From NCBI GenBank assembly GCA_048270185.1, contig JBLWTJ010000002.1, positions 320,001-384,000 on the forward strand: DNA of 64,000 bases. The letters are read 5' to 3'. The notes under the pieces were generated by a model. The model was given only the letters and a program-made list of their open reading frames with translations, was not told the DNA's origin and ran no database searches. A program made the translations under genes and the position numbers. Shown here in pieces: positions 19,195 to 29,100 of the stretch (its first letter is position 1; each line of letters starts with the position of its first letter). The stretch is from Bacteriovoracaceae bacterium (GTDB lineage: Bacteria; Bdellovibrionota; Bacteriovoracia; Bacteriovoracales; Bacteriovoracaceae).

Positions 19195-19228
19195 ATTAGC
19201 TCCATATTGAGTTGTTTTCCCTTATAGA

Positions 19229-19245
19229 TGCATATGACATGCCAA
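19229..19245 (-). promoter_or_regulatory. Sigma54 (-24/-12) promoter
   Basis: Minus strand TTGGCATGTCATATGCA, with correct GG-N10-GC spacing, about 35 nt upstream of ATG 19194. Confidence 0.6.
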
Positions 19246-19248
19246 AAA

Positions 19249-20361
19249 CTAGAAGAATCTCCTCGTGTTTGAGATGGAAGTTGCCACTCCAATACATACG
19301 CCAAAAGTTAGAAGTGAAGAGCCACCATAAGACATAAGAGGTAGAGGAAGACCTACAACAGGTAGAAGTCCCATTACCATTCCCATATTGATAAAGGTGT
19401 GCCAGAAGAAAATACTCATGACACCAATAATGGTGACAGACTCAAAGATACGACTCACATTGACCGAAAGCCAAATAAACCTAAAGAATAAGAAGAGATA
19501 AAGACCAATAAGAAGGATGGCCCCAAAGAAGCCGTGCTCTTCATTGTAAATTGAGAAAACAAAGTCCGTGTGGTTTTCAGGAAGATAATTTAAGGAAGCT
19601 TGTGAAGACTTTCGAAGTCCTTTTCCAAATATCTTTCCAGAGCCAATTGCAATCTTTGATTGAATAGCATTATAGCCAGTTCCCTTGGCATCGGCCGTTG
19701 GATTTAAAAAAGTTTTAATACGATTTCTCTGATATTCCTTAAGTCCAAACTGATACATCACTCCTCCACTCATAAGACCAACAAGGCCAAGAATGAGAAG
19801 AGTCTTCCACTTCAACTTTCTAAAGAAAACCATTGTGAAGAAGATTAGAAGAATAAGAAGACCTGTTCCTAAGTCTGGTTGAACGACAATTAATATCGTC
19901 GGAATTAAAGCAAGGATAGCAGGTTTGATTAAATCTTTTAAGCCTAGTTCTGTATCGGGTGCGTAATTTCGAAAGTACCTGGCAAGAACAAAGATTACTG
20001 ATATCTTCATTAACTCGGAAGGTTGAAATCGAATAGGGCCAACCATAAGCCAACGTCTTGCCCCCATCCCCTTATGTCCAAGAACAATAACAAGCACAAG
20101 CAGTAGAATATTAAATAAGTAAATCGGCCACGCAAAGCGGTAGAGGTTTTGTGGATTGATAAAGCTTATCACAAAGGCAATTACAATTGATAAGACGTAC
20201 CAACCGATTTGTACCTTATATAAGTTTGCATGGGCCGAACTTGCTGAAGCATGTGTAGCCGAATAGAGATTAAGTATCCCAAAAATAAAGATAACCAGAC
20301 TAAAAAAGAAGAATGAGAAATCATATCGTTTTAAAAATTCTTTAATATTTGATAAATCCAT
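19249..20361 (-). CDS. rodA: Rod shape-determining protein RodA (SEDS)
   Basis: GARRW, FQPSELMK, QPDLGT, PENHTDF and LPLMSYGGSS motifs. Confidence 0.96.
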   Translation of the reverse strand: MDLSNIKEFLKRYDFSFFFFSLVIFIFGILNLYSATHASASSAHANLYKVQIGWYVLSIVIAFVISFINPQNLYRFAWPIYLFNILLLVLVIVLGHKGMGARRWLMVGPIRFQPSELMKISVIFVLARYFRNYAPDTELGLKDLIKPAILALIPTILIVVQPDLGTGLLILLIFFTMVFFRKLKWKTLLILGLVGLMSGGVMYQFGLKEYQRNRIKTFLNPTADAKGTGYNAIQSKIAIGSGKIFGKGLRKSSQASLNYLPENHTDFVFSIYNEEHGFFGAILLIGLYLFLFFRFIWLSVNVSRIFESVTIIGVMSIFFWHTFINMGMVMGLLPVVGLPLPLMSYGGSSLLTFGVCIGVATSISNTRRFF

Positions 20362-20364
20362 TAT

Positions 20365-22371
20365 CTAGTCCTCTTCTTGACCATCATCATTAGATTCTGC
20401 TTCTTGTTGCTTTTCTTCTTTAAGGCGCTGGGCTTCTTCTCGCTTTTTACGACGGTCCGCAAAGAATTTTGCCATAATTGCACGATCTTCTTTAGCATAA
20501 ATCTTGTGAAGATCAGGCATATACTTTTTCATATATGTTGTTAGTACATCACGAACAATAGGTCCTGCTGCCCCCGATCCAGAACAACCGTGTTCGACAA
20601 CTGCAGCGACGGCAACTCGTGGGTCTTCATATGGAGCAAAAGCAACGAATAGGCCGTGATGTCGTTGAAGATATGGCTTTTCAGAACACTTTGCGAAAAG
20701 CTCAGTTGTTGACATCGAAATAACTTGAGACGTTCCAGATTTTCCGGCCATCTTAACTCCGGTACCACGAATCCACCAACCTGTTCCCTTTGGATGGTTT
20801 GCAACTTCGTAGAGACCTTTACGAACATCAACTAATGTCTGTTCACTTATATCTGCAGTACTTACAAGTTCTTCTTTAAAGCTCTTAAGAATATCACCTT
20901 TATTATTGAAAACTTCTCTTACAATTTGAGGCTTAAAAACCTTTCCTCCATTTGCAATTGCGGCATATGAAATAGCAAGTTGTAGTGGTGTTGTTAAAAC
21001 GTAAGATTGTCCAATTACACAACTGACAGTCTCACCATCTTGCCACTTCTCACCAAACCTCTTCTCCTTCCACTCTCTAGTTGGGATAAGACCCGAAGTT
21101 TCACGCGGCAGAGCAATCCCAGTCTTCTCTCCAAGACCAAACATACGAGCGTACTTAGCAAGAATATCAATATCTAGTTCAACAGCGATCTTATAATAGT
21201 AGACGTCAACAGAGCGCCTTAGAGATTTATATAAATTTGTAATACCATGACCGCTTCTTTTCCAGTCATTATAAGTTCGACGGCCCAATCTAAAGCGTGG
21301 TCCACACATTACTTCGTCTTTCGCTTTTATTATGCCTTCTTCAAGAGCAGCAATGGCCGTGAAAGTTTTAAAGGTTGAACCCGGAGCATAATGGTCTTGA
21401 ATTGTACGATCACGTAGTGGACGATCAGGGTTATTGATTAATGAATTCCAATACTCTGAAGTTAAACCTTTTGAGAATTGTCCCGGATCAAATGAAGGAC
21501 GAGATACCATTGTTAAAACTTCACCATTTCTTACGTCAACAGCTACAACACCACCTACTTTTCCTTCAAGGGAATTAAAGGCAGTAATTTGCATATCACG
21601 ATCAATTGTCAGCCTTAAGTTATTTCCTGGCGTTGCTTTCTTATTTTGAATTCCTGCAAGGATATTACTCGTTCCTATTGAACGTCTCATTCTCCCACGA
21701 GCATCAACTTCCATAATTTGATAACCATCTTCACCTCGAAGATTACGATCAAACCTCTCTTCAATACCAGCTTGTCCAATAAAATCTCCAAGCTTGTAAT
21801 CGATATTATCTCTCTTGCGATAACGAGGTAATTGATTCTGAGAAATCTCACTAATATAACCAAGTAAGTGAGAGCCTACTTCTTTATCGCGGTACTCTCT
21901 TGAAATGAATGTTTCAACTTGCACACCAGGTAGCTTTTCATTTTCTGTTTCAATGATTGCAACTTCTTTATTAGTAATATTCTTTTTGATTCGAACAGGA
22001 CGATAACGAGCTTGCCCCCTATACTTCTTCAACGTTGCATAAATTTCTTTCTCAGTCATATCGAGAATCTTGGCTAACTTCTTAACCGTCTCTTTCTTAT
22101 TATCTAAGTATTGCGGAATGATAACTAAGTCAAAGCGAGGAACGTTATCTACAAGTAATTGGTTATTTCTCGAGAAGATCATTCCGCGAGGTGCTTTAAC
22201 CGTCTCTTTTCTTAGTCTATTTTGAATTGAGTATTGATACAGTAAATCACCTTGATAGATTTGAAGATACCATAGACGAATGAGAATAATCGCAAATGCA
22301 ATTGTAATTAAAGTAAATAGAATGTCGGCCCTCGTTTTATGGGCGCGAACAACTTCTTCTTCAGCAAACAT
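20365..22371 (-). CDS. mrdA: Penicillin-binding protein 2
   Basis: APRGMIFSR, PGSTFK (SxxK), SVD and KSG motifs; lies between mreD and rodA. Confidence 0.96.
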   Translation of the reverse strand: MFAEEEVVRAHKTRADILFTLITIAFAIILIRLWYLQIYQGDLLYQYSIQNRLRKETVKAPRGMIFSRNNQLLVDNVPRFDLVIIPQYLDNKKETVKKLAKILDMTEKEIYATLKKYRGQARYRPVRIKKNITNKEVAIIETENEKLPGVQVETFISREYRDKEVGSHLLGYISEISQNQLPRYRKRDNIDYKLGDFIGQAGIEERFDRNLRGEDGYQIMEVDARGRMRRSIGTSNILAGIQNKKATPGNNLRLTIDRDMQITAFNSLEGKVGGVVAVDVRNGEVLTMVSRPSFDPGQFSKGLTSEYWNSLINNPDRPLRDRTIQDHYAPGSTFKTFTAIAALEEGIIKAKDEVMCGPRFRLGRRTYNDWKRSGHGITNLYKSLRRSVDVYYYKIAVELDIDILAKYARMFGLGEKTGIALPRETSGLIPTREWKEKRFGEKWQDGETVSCVIGQSYVLTTPLQLAISYAAIANGGKVFKPQIVREVFNNKGDILKSFKEELVSTADISEQTLVDVRKGLYEVANHPKGTGWWIRGTGVKMAGKSGTSQVISMSTTELFAKCSEKPYLQRHHGLFVAFAPYEDPRVAVAAVVEHGCSGSGAAGPIVRDVLTTYMKKYMPDLHKIYAKEDRAIMAKFFADRRKKREEAQRLKEEKQQEAESNDDGQEED

Positions 22372-22901
22372 TAGATATTATTCCCCATTAAACCTTCGGC
22401 CTTAGTTTTCCAAACCTTATCTAAGAGAGAAAAGAATATAGGTGCAAGTAATGATAGTATTATACTTTCAGGAATGAATCGCCAAAACTTCTGAACAATA
22501 TAATCCATGCTTCCAAACTTTAAATATAGAAGAGAGGAGCTGATAAAGAACCAAAGTATCTGAAAGAGGAATACTGTTAACATAGTAACAAAGCTACTTG
22601 TGAAGTGTAGTAGATCTCTAAGATAGGCAATAACAATACAGATTAGTACACCTGCAATTGTTCCATATTCCCATCCCTCAATTGAAAAGAGAGAATGTGT
22701 TAACTGTAGTACTAAAATAATAATGGCCAAGTATGGAGTCTCTAATTTAAATCCAACATATAGAACGATAAGGATATTAAAAGGAATCATATACTTATTT
22801 AGTCCAAATAGAGGTAAGAAAGCACTAGCAAGAACTTCTAAGACAATTAAGATAAGTACTGTAATAAGTAGTCTAATAGGTATATCTGACGACTTAATCA
22901 T
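22371..22901 (-). CDS. mreD: Rod shape-determining protein MreD (divergent)
   Basis: Very hydrophobic ~176 aa protein between mreC and mrdA; ATG 22901 overlaps the mreC stop. Confidence 0.8.
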   Translation of the reverse strand: MIKSSDIPIRLLITVLILIVLEVLASAFLPLFGLNKYMIPFNILIVLYVGFKLETPYLAIIILVLQLTHSLFSIEGWEYGTIAGVLICIVIAYLRDLLHFTSSFVTMLTVFLFQILWFFISSSLLYLKFGSMDYIVQKFWRFIPESIILSLLAPIFFSLLDKVWKTKAEGLMGNNI

Positions 22902-23788
22902 CTTCCTTCTCCTTGTTGTGCATTCTCTTCGAGGGCATCCCACTCCACTCTCTTTTTATCTTGTTCATCACCCGGAACAAGAACGGCTACTTCCTCAAGC
23001 CTTGAGAAGTCAACAGTTGGAGTTACTTCAAGATGTTGAGTAATACCGTAACTCTCTCTTTCAATTTTTGTAATCATGCCAACAGGAATCCCCTTTGGAT
23101 AAATATTTCCAAGTCCTGATGTAATAACTAAGTCATTGAGCCTAACAGGGTCTGTACGTACAACATACTTCATCACGGTTCGCCAACCAGAGTACCCCTC
23201 AAGAATTCCATATGAACGTGTGCGATTCACAATAACGTCAACGCGGTTACTTGGATCAAGGATTGTTAGAATATCGGCAAAGTGATCAGTTAGACGATAA
23301 ACATAACCAACAATACCTTCAGATGTAACAACAGTTGATTGTAACTTCACACCGTCACTATAACCTTTATCAATTCTGATGACGCGGAAATCACTTGATG
23401 AATCCCAAGCAACAACCTGCGCAGAGATCATATCGTGCTTAATTTTTTTACCAAAATTTAAGATCGCTCTAAGTCTTGTATTTTCTTGCTCTAATTGCTT
23501 CAAAGCAAAAACTTCTTGTTTAAGTGAACCAATCTTTTCTTTCAAAGAGACATTTTCTTTCGAAGCATTAACGTTGAGCATATAGTCCTCAAAGAATGAG
23601 GCTACATTCTTATATGCACTTGATAGCCCTCGTTGAAGAGGTGCTAGTGTATCCATCATGACATTTTCAAAAATAGAGGCTTCCTTGTAGGGAGATTTTC
23701 TTTTTGACACGCCGTAAAATGCAAGTGATAGGACAACTAAGTTGACGATTAATTTTGTTCGAGATCCTTCCGATGCAATCAGCTTCAT
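22898..23788 (-). CDS. mreC: Rod shape-determining protein MreC
   Basis: TM helix, coiled coil ENTRLRAIL, IDKG and VITSGLGNIYPKGIPVG motifs. Confidence 0.95.
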   Translation of the reverse strand: MKLIASEGSRTKLIVNLVVLSLAFYGVSKRKSPYKEASIFENVMMDTLAPLQRGLSSAYKNVASFFEDYMLNVNASKENVSLKEKIGSLKQEVFALKQLEQENTRLRAILNFGKKIKHDMISAQVVAWDSSSDFRVIRIDKGYSDGVKLQSTVVTSEGIVGYVYRLTDHFADILTILDPSNRVDVIVNRTRSYGILEGYSGWRTVMKYVVRTDPVRLNDLVITSGLGNIYPKGIPVGMITKIERESYGITQHLEVTPTVDFSRLEEVAVLVPGDEQDKKRVEWDALEENAQQGEGR

Positions 23789-23919
23789 TCTAATCCTAAG
23801 TTGCTAATTTTTTTTATATTAAAAGAGTACACAGGATTATTTAAACTGCCAATATTCTTTACGTTATAGCTTTCTTAAGTGATAATATCGTCAAAATCAA
23901 AATTACATGGAGTAGTAAA

Positions 23920-25380
23920 ATGTCATCTAGTTTTCAGAAAAAATCATCACAGATATTCCTGACTCTTTTTATCGGAATAATTGTAATTTCATTTATGGTT
24001 TCAGGTCCATTCTTTAACACTGGAACACCAGATTCAATTGGTTCTGTTGCAGGACTTGATATTAAGGTTCGCGACTTCAATCAAGAAGTTCAAAGACAAT
24101 CTGAATTCTATTCAAAATTTATTGCTGGAGGACAACCCCTAACAGCAAAACAAATGAGCCAATATAAAGTTTATGATAACGCTATCAGAAACCTTGTTTT
24201 TCAAAAGCTAAGAGTTGTTCTTGCTAATGATCTAGGAATCGTTATCTCAAAAGAAGAGATCGTTGCAGATATTCAAAACACACCTTATTTCCAAACGAAT
24301 AAGCAATTTGATATCAACAAGTACAAGACTATCCTTGCTTACAATAAATTCACTCCAGAAAATTACGAAGAAGAAACTAGAAACCGTCTTGCTATTGAGA
24401 AATTACAAAATATTATTCAGCACGTTCCTGTTTCTAAGAATCTAGAAAAAGAACTAAATGAATTATATAACGACAAGAGAGCTGCAAAAGTAATTAATAT
24501 CGGCCACGCTGAACTTAGAAAACTTGTTAAGATTTCAAACTCTGAAATTACAAACTTTCTTAAAGATGAAGCAAGTAAAGCTCGTGTTGAGTCTTTATTT
24601 AATGACAAGAAGGCTCTTCTTAGCCAACCAGAACAAGTTAAAACAAGACATATCCTAATCGATACTGAAAAAGGTGATGCAGAAGCTCTTAAGAAAGCTC
24701 AGAAAATTAGAAAAGAACTTACTGCTAAGAACTTTGCTCGTCTTGCTAAGAAGTACACAGATGAGCCTCAAGGAAAGAATAACGGTGGAGACCTTAATTG
24801 GGTAAGACGTGGAGCAATGGTTCCTGAATTTGAAAAAGCTGCTTTTGAACTGAAAAAAGGTGAAATTTCAAATCCAGTTAAAACTTCTTACGGTTACCAC
24901 ATCATCTTCGCTGAAGACAGAAAAGAAGCTATTGAAGCAAAACTAGCTGACCACGAAAGAGATCTTGCAAAAGAAATTCTTCAAAAAGAAAAAGATATTA
25001 AGGGCCTAATTGCTCAAGCTGTGAGCGAAGTAGAAGCAGCTGCTAATAACTCTAAAAGACTAGAAAGCGTAAAAGCAAAGTACAACTTAAAGATTAGCGA
25101 TATCAAAGTAAATAAGCTTGAAGGAGCAGGTCCAACTGGTGAACTTGAAGAATCACAAGTTGCCGAGATTTTCTCTAAACCAGCTGGTGAATTTACATTT
25201 GAAAGTGCTAACAAAACAATGGTTGTTGTAGCAAAGCCACTTAAGTCAACAGATTCAAAAGGTTACGATCTAAATGCTCTTGGTAATATTTCTGCTCAAC
25301 AAAACATTAAAACTCTGTTAGATAAGTTAGGTACAGAGTACACATTTAAGCAAAATAAATACGCTCAAATACCACAGTAA
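23920..25380 (+). CDS. PpiD/SurA-type membrane-anchored parvulin peptidyl-prolyl isomerase
   Basis: N-terminal TM helix, SurA-N-like region, RHILI, GGDLNW, MVPEFEKAAF and YGYHII motifs. Confidence 0.9.
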   Translation: MSSSFQKKSSQIFLTLFIGIIVISFMVSGPFFNTGTPDSIGSVAGLDIKVRDFNQEVQRQSEFYSKFIAGGQPLTAKQMSQYKVYDNAIRNLVFQKLRVVLANDLGIVISKEEIVADIQNTPYFQTNKQFDINKYKTILAYNKFTPENYEEETRNRLAIEKLQNIIQHVPVSKNLEKELNELYNDKRAAKVINIGHAELRKLVKISNSEITNFLKDEASKARVESLFNDKKALLSQPEQVKTRHILIDTEKGDAEALKKAQKIRKELTAKNFARLAKKYTDEPQGKNNGGDLNWVRRGAMVPEFEKAAFELKKGEISNPVKTSYGYHIIFAEDRKEAIEAKLADHERDLAKEILQKEKDIKGLIAQAVSEVEAAANNSKRLESVKAKYNLKISDIKVNKLEGAGPTGELEESQVAEIFSKPAGEFTFESANKTMVVVAKPLKSTDSKGYDLNALGNISAQQNIKTLLDKLGTEYTFKQNKYAQIPQ

Positions 25381-25401
25381 TAAATAATTTGGAGAAGTGA
25401 G

Positions 25402-25632
25402 ATGGCCGACAAAGACGCAAAATTTGATCTAAATGTAGAAGGAAAATTCTATGTTGATGACCAATGCATCGCTTGTGATGCTTGCGTTATGGAGGCCCCT
25501 CGCTTTTTCGAAATGAATGACGACGAAGGACACGCATTCGTTAAACTTCAGCCAACAAATGACGCTGAACTTGAAGAGTGCATGTCGGCCCTTGAAGCCT
25601 GCCCTGTCGAGGCCATTGGTGAGGACGGCTAA
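25402..25632 (+). CDS. Ferredoxin (single Fe-S cluster)
   Basis: CIACDAC...CPVEAI motifs. Confidence 0.92.
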   Translation: MADKDAKFDLNVEGKFYVDDQCIACDACVMEAPRFFEMNDDEGHAFVKLQPTNDAELEECMSALEACPVEAIGEDG

Positions 25633-25703
25633 GTCCTCAAATTCTTTGCAATTTCACTCCCAACACACTCTCCTAACTATTTAAAATCACATTAAATTTA
25701 ATT

Positions 25704-25730
25704 TAAGTTATCGGCGCAATTAACCGACTA
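25704..25730 (+). promoter_or_regulatory. Sigma28 (FliA)-like promoter
   Basis: TAAG-N15-ACCGACTA directly upstream of ATG 25738. Confidence 0.5.
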
Positions 25731-25737
25731 GTATAAT

Positions 25738-27585
25738 ATGGTTATGAAGTCTATTGGTGTATATGCCCTATTTATCTCAACACTGGTATTTGCTGAAAGC
25801 AATGAACAGAAGCAATACCTGGAGATAATCACTCGCGATAATCCAATGATAAAGAGTGCAATGTCTGTTGATGGCGTAAAAGATATCTACGACAATTGCT
25901 ATGGCCTTGATAAAGCTGACGGAGTTATCGAACAAGACTCAGATCCAAATAAAGTTTTAAGTACATGTCTTTGGAATGGTATCCAAGCCGATTCGAAAAT
26001 TCATGATGAAGTTAAGAAATTAGTCGATGACCAGAGCGGTAAAGATGGAACTGGTCGATTCCGCAATACAATGGAAACAAAGAAGAACTCAAGCAAAGGT
26101 GTTCTTGCTCTTAAGAAGTTTTATGAAGAACGTCTTCAAGAGGCCCTCTATGGAGAATACGATCCAGAGCGTGGAAAATTTAAAAAACTTGCTACTCAAA
26201 AGACATTCTTTGAACTTTATAAAACACAGCTTGGTAAGAATATTATCGCTTCCCTTACAAACTACTGTATCGATGCTGGTACTTATTCTTCAAACTTCCC
26301 ACTTGTTCACTATGACTCAACGGCAGTAAAGGCCGATCAAAACGACAATATTACAAAGTTGAATCAAGTTACATCATCTGGAGAACTCCAGGCATCCGCT
26401 CACTGGACTAGCTGTATTGGAAAAATCGCTCAAGTCTGTTATGCAGGAGCTTCAGCAACAGCACCGGCCTATAAGCAGATTGACCCAAATGACCCATCTA
26501 ATACTAAAATAATAACCTACTCAGAAATTAAAACGAGTTGTGAAACGACATATGTACCAACGGCAAGTGGTGCAACCGCGGCTACAGAATGTCCAAAAAT
26601 TATTCAAGAATCTAATAAGCGCTCATGTGCAGTCATGCAGTATATTGAGCTAGCGAAGCAGAGCCTTATAAAAACAGATGGGATCTTATCGGAATTCGAC
26701 AAAATGAATAATGTTCAAGGTCTTGCAGATGTTGAAATTTATGATCCGACTAAAAATAATAAAGAAAGCCTTGATGCTCTGACAACTCTTTCATCAGGGG
26801 ATGCCCTTAAGGCACTAGCAGAGGGACAGCAAGAAGATATCGCAAAGATAGAAGAATGTTATAAGGATGGTGCGATTGTTAACTCTGATAAGTGTAGTGT
26901 GTACCTCTCAAGTGACGGCCAAGAACAATACGCCCTCCTTGGTGAATTAAAAATTCAACAAGAAGCGACCCTTGAGAAGCTTCGTGACATCGATGAGTCA
27001 AATGAAGATGAAATTGCAAAAATTCTACTAGAGGAAGGTTATTCTCCCGATGAGGCAAAGCAGCTAGCAACAGTTAATGGAATTAAGGATCAAATAGCTG
27101 CTCGTTTTCAAGCAAAGAAAGATGCCATTCTAAAATCTCTTGCTGATGAAATTCAGGCCCACACGACAAAGGGAGACAGTTTTGATGAAACTGTCGACAC
27201 AGGAAATATTGCAAGTATTGCAGATGAAATAAAAACTCGACCAGAAAACTTCTCCAAGCTTGTTCACTTTAACAATATTGTTTCATCATACTTATCAATT
27301 CGTGGGCAAGATGAAGATGGAAATTCTGTTGAGAAACAAAATACGGCCGCCCTTGCTGCTGAGATGGAAAACTCATTTATTTCAGAAGAGAATAAAGAAA
27401 AATATAGAGAACTTGGAATCGATCTTAGTAGTATCAACTACTCTACAGATGAGATTAATCAAAGATTCGCTGAAACAGGAATGGACTACTCTGAGTCATC
27501 GAATGATGATGCCACTCTAGGCGTTGCCGATATCAATACACACATTATTGGATTATTTGTTCCGCCGGCCGCGGATGCGGAATAA
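25738..27585 (+). CDS. Secreted Cys-containing, largely helical hypothetical protein
   Basis: Signal peptide ending VFA; about 10 spaced Cys residues; no recognised catalytic motif. Confidence 0.75.
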   Translation: MVMKSIGVYALFISTLVFAESNEQKQYLEIITRDNPMIKSAMSVDGVKDIYDNCYGLDKADGVIEQDSDPNKVLSTCLWNGIQADSKIHDEVKKLVDDQSGKDGTGRFRNTMETKKNSSKGVLALKKFYEERLQEALYGEYDPERGKFKKLATQKTFFELYKTQLGKNIIASLTNYCIDAGTYSSNFPLVHYDSTAVKADQNDNITKLNQVTSSGELQASAHWTSCIGKIAQVCYAGASATAPAYKQIDPNDPSNTKIITYSEIKTSCETTYVPTASGATAATECPKIIQESNKRSCAVMQYIELAKQSLIKTDGILSEFDKMNNVQGLADVEIYDPTKNNKESLDALTTLSSGDALKALAEGQQEDIAKIEECYKDGAIVNSDKCSVYLSSDGQEQYALLGELKIQQEATLEKLRDIDESNEDEIAKILLEEGYSPDEAKQLATVNGIKDQIAARFQAKKDAILKSLADEIQAHTTKGDSFDETVDTGNIASIADEIKTRPENFSKLVHFNNIVSSYLSIRGQDEDGNSVEKQNTAALAAEMENSFISEENKEKYRELGIDLSSINYSTDEINQRFAETGMDYSESSNDDATLGVADINTHIIGLFVPPAADAE

Positions 27586-27639
27586 GAATTTTCTATTATT
27601 GAGTAAACTTTAAATTAGAGATTTAGATATTGCTGTATT

Positions 27640-27907
27640 GCTAACTTTAGCTTTGCTAAAGTGTCGCTTTTCTTGCGAAGAGTTGGCTAACTTTCACTTC
27701 GTGAAAGTGTCGCTTTATGTGCAAAGATTTTTTGCTCCTGAGACACATCCTGCGGCAAAAGTGCCCCAAAGGGCAGTTTTGAAGCAGAGATGAATGTGAT
27801 TCAAGAAACAAAGAGCGATAGCTCGCGTGTTTCGGTCATATGAGAAAGCTTGTTGCTAACTTTCACTTCGTGAAAGTGTCGCTTTATGTGCAAAGATTTT
27901 TTGCTCC
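27640..27907. repeat. REP-like hairpin repeats: identical 53-bp copies at 27686-27738 and 27855-27907, plus a 31-bp variant at 27640-27670
   Basis: GCTAACTTTCACTTCGTGAAAGTGTCGCTTTATGTGCAAAGATTTTTTGCTCC occurs twice; variant GCTAACTTTAGCTTTGCTAAAGTGTCGCTTT. Confidence 0.9.
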
Positions 27908-27912
27908 AGAGG

Positions 27913-27943
27913 CAACAAAGCCGGGCTTGAACCCGGCTTGTTG
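27913..27943. terminator. GC-rich hairpin between convergent genes, possible terminator
   Basis: CAACAAAGCCGGG-CTTGAA-CCCGGCTTGTTG. Confidence 0.55.
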
Positions 27944-28015
27944 AATTAGTAAATTTTCTTTTGCATGGGGAGCTAGCATAGCGTCCAATAGTTTGCCTTT
28001 GGGCAAACTATGACG

Positions 28016-29026
28016 CTATTCTTCGTCCATGATAGCTTTAACAGATGCCTTTGTTTCAAAAGCGATATCTTGATCGTCTTCTGCATCAATATCATCAACG
28101 TCATCAAAGCTTTCATCTGCTTCAATATCCATTTCACGTAGAACGTCGACGAAAGTCTTATCATCAGCAAAGTCCTTAAGAACTTCATCGATAACCTTCG
28201 TTGGATACTTTGTAATGATCTCTTCTACATATTTCTGTAACATACCTTCTTCAAGGATTGAGATTTTATTTTTAATTTCTTTCCAGAAACCAATATAGTG
28301 AAGACGACAGTAACCTGCTGTTGTTGCCGGGTTATCACAACCTTTAGCAAGACATTCATCTGTATCACCAAGGAAGTAATCAAGTGTTCCAGCAAGAGCA
28401 AATACTTCTTCGATTTTCTCTGTCTCGCTTGCACTCTTTGGCTTCTCTTTTACAGGAGCTTCTACTTCGACTTCTTCTTCAACAACCTTCTCTTCGAAAA
28501 GTTCAGGTTGAACCTCAACCACTTTTTCAAGAACTGGCTCAGATTTTTTCTTTTCTACTTTTTGCTCTTTCTCAGCTTTTTTAGGAGTTGCTTTCTTTGT
28601 AACTTTTTTCTCAGTGGCCTTTGTTGCCTTCTTTGTTACTTTTTTTGCAACTTTCTTTTCAGCTTTTACAGCAGCAGCTTTAGTTGTTTTCTTAGTTACT
28701 TTCTTCGTCGTTTTCTTAGTAGTTTTCTTTGCTACTTTTTTCGCAACTTTCTTTGCTACTTTTTTGGCAGCTTTCTTTGCTACTTTCTTTGTAGTTTTCT
28801 TTGCTACTTTCTTCGTCGTTTTCTTTGCTACTTTTTTCGCAGCTTTCTTTGCTACTTTTTTTGCAGCTTTCTTTGCTACTTTCTTTGTAGTTTTCTTGGC
28901 TACTTTCTTGGCAGTTTTCTTAGCTACTTTCTTCGCAGTTTTCTTAGTAACTTTCTTAGCTGTCTTTTTAGCAGTCTTTTTAGCTGCTTTTTTAGCAGTC
29001 GACTTCTTAGTTGTCTTTTTGGCCAT
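28016..29026 (-). CDS. Histone H1-like Lys-rich protein with putative C3H Zn-binding domain and acidic tail
   Basis: About 150 aa of KKTA/KKVA/KKTT repeats; CLAKGC...YCRLHY; D/E-rich C-terminus; start at 29026 (MAKK) or 29056. Confidence 0.82.
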   Translation of the reverse strand: MAKKTTKKSTAKKAAKKTAKKTAKKVTKKTAKKVAKKTAKKVAKKTTKKVAKKAAKKVAKKAAKKVAKKTTKKVAKKTTKKVAKKAAKKVAKKVAKKVAKKTTKKTTKKVTKKTTKAAAVKAEKKVAKKVTKKATKATEKKVTKKATPKKAEKEQKVEKKKSEPVLEKVVEVQPELFEEKVVEEEVEVEAPVKEKPKSASETEKIEEVFALAGTLDYFLGDTDECLAKGCDNPATTAGYCRLHYIGFWKEIKNKISILEEGMLQKYVEEIITKYPTKVIDEVLKDFADDKTFVDVLREMDIEADESFDDVDDIDAEDDQDIAFETKASVKAIMDEE

Positions 29027-29100
29027 GCCTACTTTCTCCAAGATTTTCTTTAACATAACAAGTTAAAACCGTATCACTTCTAATTCAATTGAACAACTGT

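Noticed and set aside
19249..23788. mreB absent from mreC-mreD-mrdA-rodA
   Set aside because: Separation of mreB from mreCD is, to my recollection, already reported for Bdellovibrio, so not novel
27640..27907. Possible CRISPR array
   Set aside because: Only 2-3 units of 53 bp, with spacers of 15 and 116 bp and no cas genes
28298..29066. Antisense Phe/Cys-rich ORFs (251 and 150 aa)
   Set aside because: Shadows of the second Lys-rich repeat gene
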